Shown in pieces: positions 47,103-47,182 of a DNA stretch of 47,182 bases (its first letter is position 1; each line of letters opens with the position of its first letter). The translations under genes and the position numbers were made by a program. The notes beneath the pieces are model-generated. The model was not told where the DNA came from. It saw only the letters and a list, made by a program, of their open reading frames with translations, and searched no databases. Source of the DNA: Acidimicrobiia bacterium (lineage in GTDB: Bacteria > Actinomycetota > Acidimicrobiia > Acidimicrobiales > JANYDT01); assembly GCA_043775075.1 (NCBI GenBank), contig JAYVSS010000230.1, positions 1 through 47,182 on the forward strand. The letters run 5' to 3'.

Positions 47103-47182
47103 TTAGAGCGTCCCGGCGTCGAGCATCGACAGAACGTCCGAGGCCCGCTCTCGCACCGCTTCGATATCGCTGAGCCGCTCGG
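47103..47182 (-). CDS. 3' end of a gene, probably an FeS-BCP (PhrB-like) cryptochrome/photolyase
   Basis: ERLSDIEAVRERASDVLSMLDAGTL* resembles C-termini of actinobacterial members of that family and the context fits, but only 25 residues are visible. Confidence 0.45.
   Translation of the reverse strand, partial: ERLSDIEAVRERASDVLSMLDAGTL

Overview
A GC-rich actinobacterial chromosomal segment. The gene families and the Ala/Thr-rich lipoprotein linker suggest Acidimicrobiia (inference). I found no rRNA, tRNA, CRISPR array or transposase. (1) 1-23.3 kb looks like a general-stress island. It holds a long-form pyruvate kinase, two divergent PAP2 phosphatases, a diacylglycerol kinase, a PhoD-like phosphatase, DUF1206, MgtA, an arginine deiminase operon led by a BON-DUF2267 gene behind a DosR-like box, a HAD-IIB PMM-like enzyme, an extra FtsH, a CtpE-like ATPase, an orphan NuoF-like protein and CsbD. 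Seven exact GTTT-N16-GGG(T/C)A SigB/SigF-type promoter motifs occur here; two of them form one palindromic bidirectional promoter. (2) 23.6-31.5 kb: patatin, a PEP-utiliser lacking an ATP-grasp domain, a clpP remnant, a His-tailed EamA and a SWIM/SNF2 pair. (3) 31.6-39.4 kb: a polyol (mannitol/sorbitol) uptake and catabolism module bracketed by two direct copies of an 84-104 nt element with terminal inverted repeats; the right copy abuts a 5'-truncated padR. (4) 39.7-47.2 kb: MMPL, an AlkZ-like glycosylase and a light/DNA-repair cluster (YqjF, DUF2256-DUF3253, a domain-inverted photolyase with a putative Fe-S motif, an SDR and the 3' end of a probable second photolyase). All family calls come from motif recognition by eye, not database searches.
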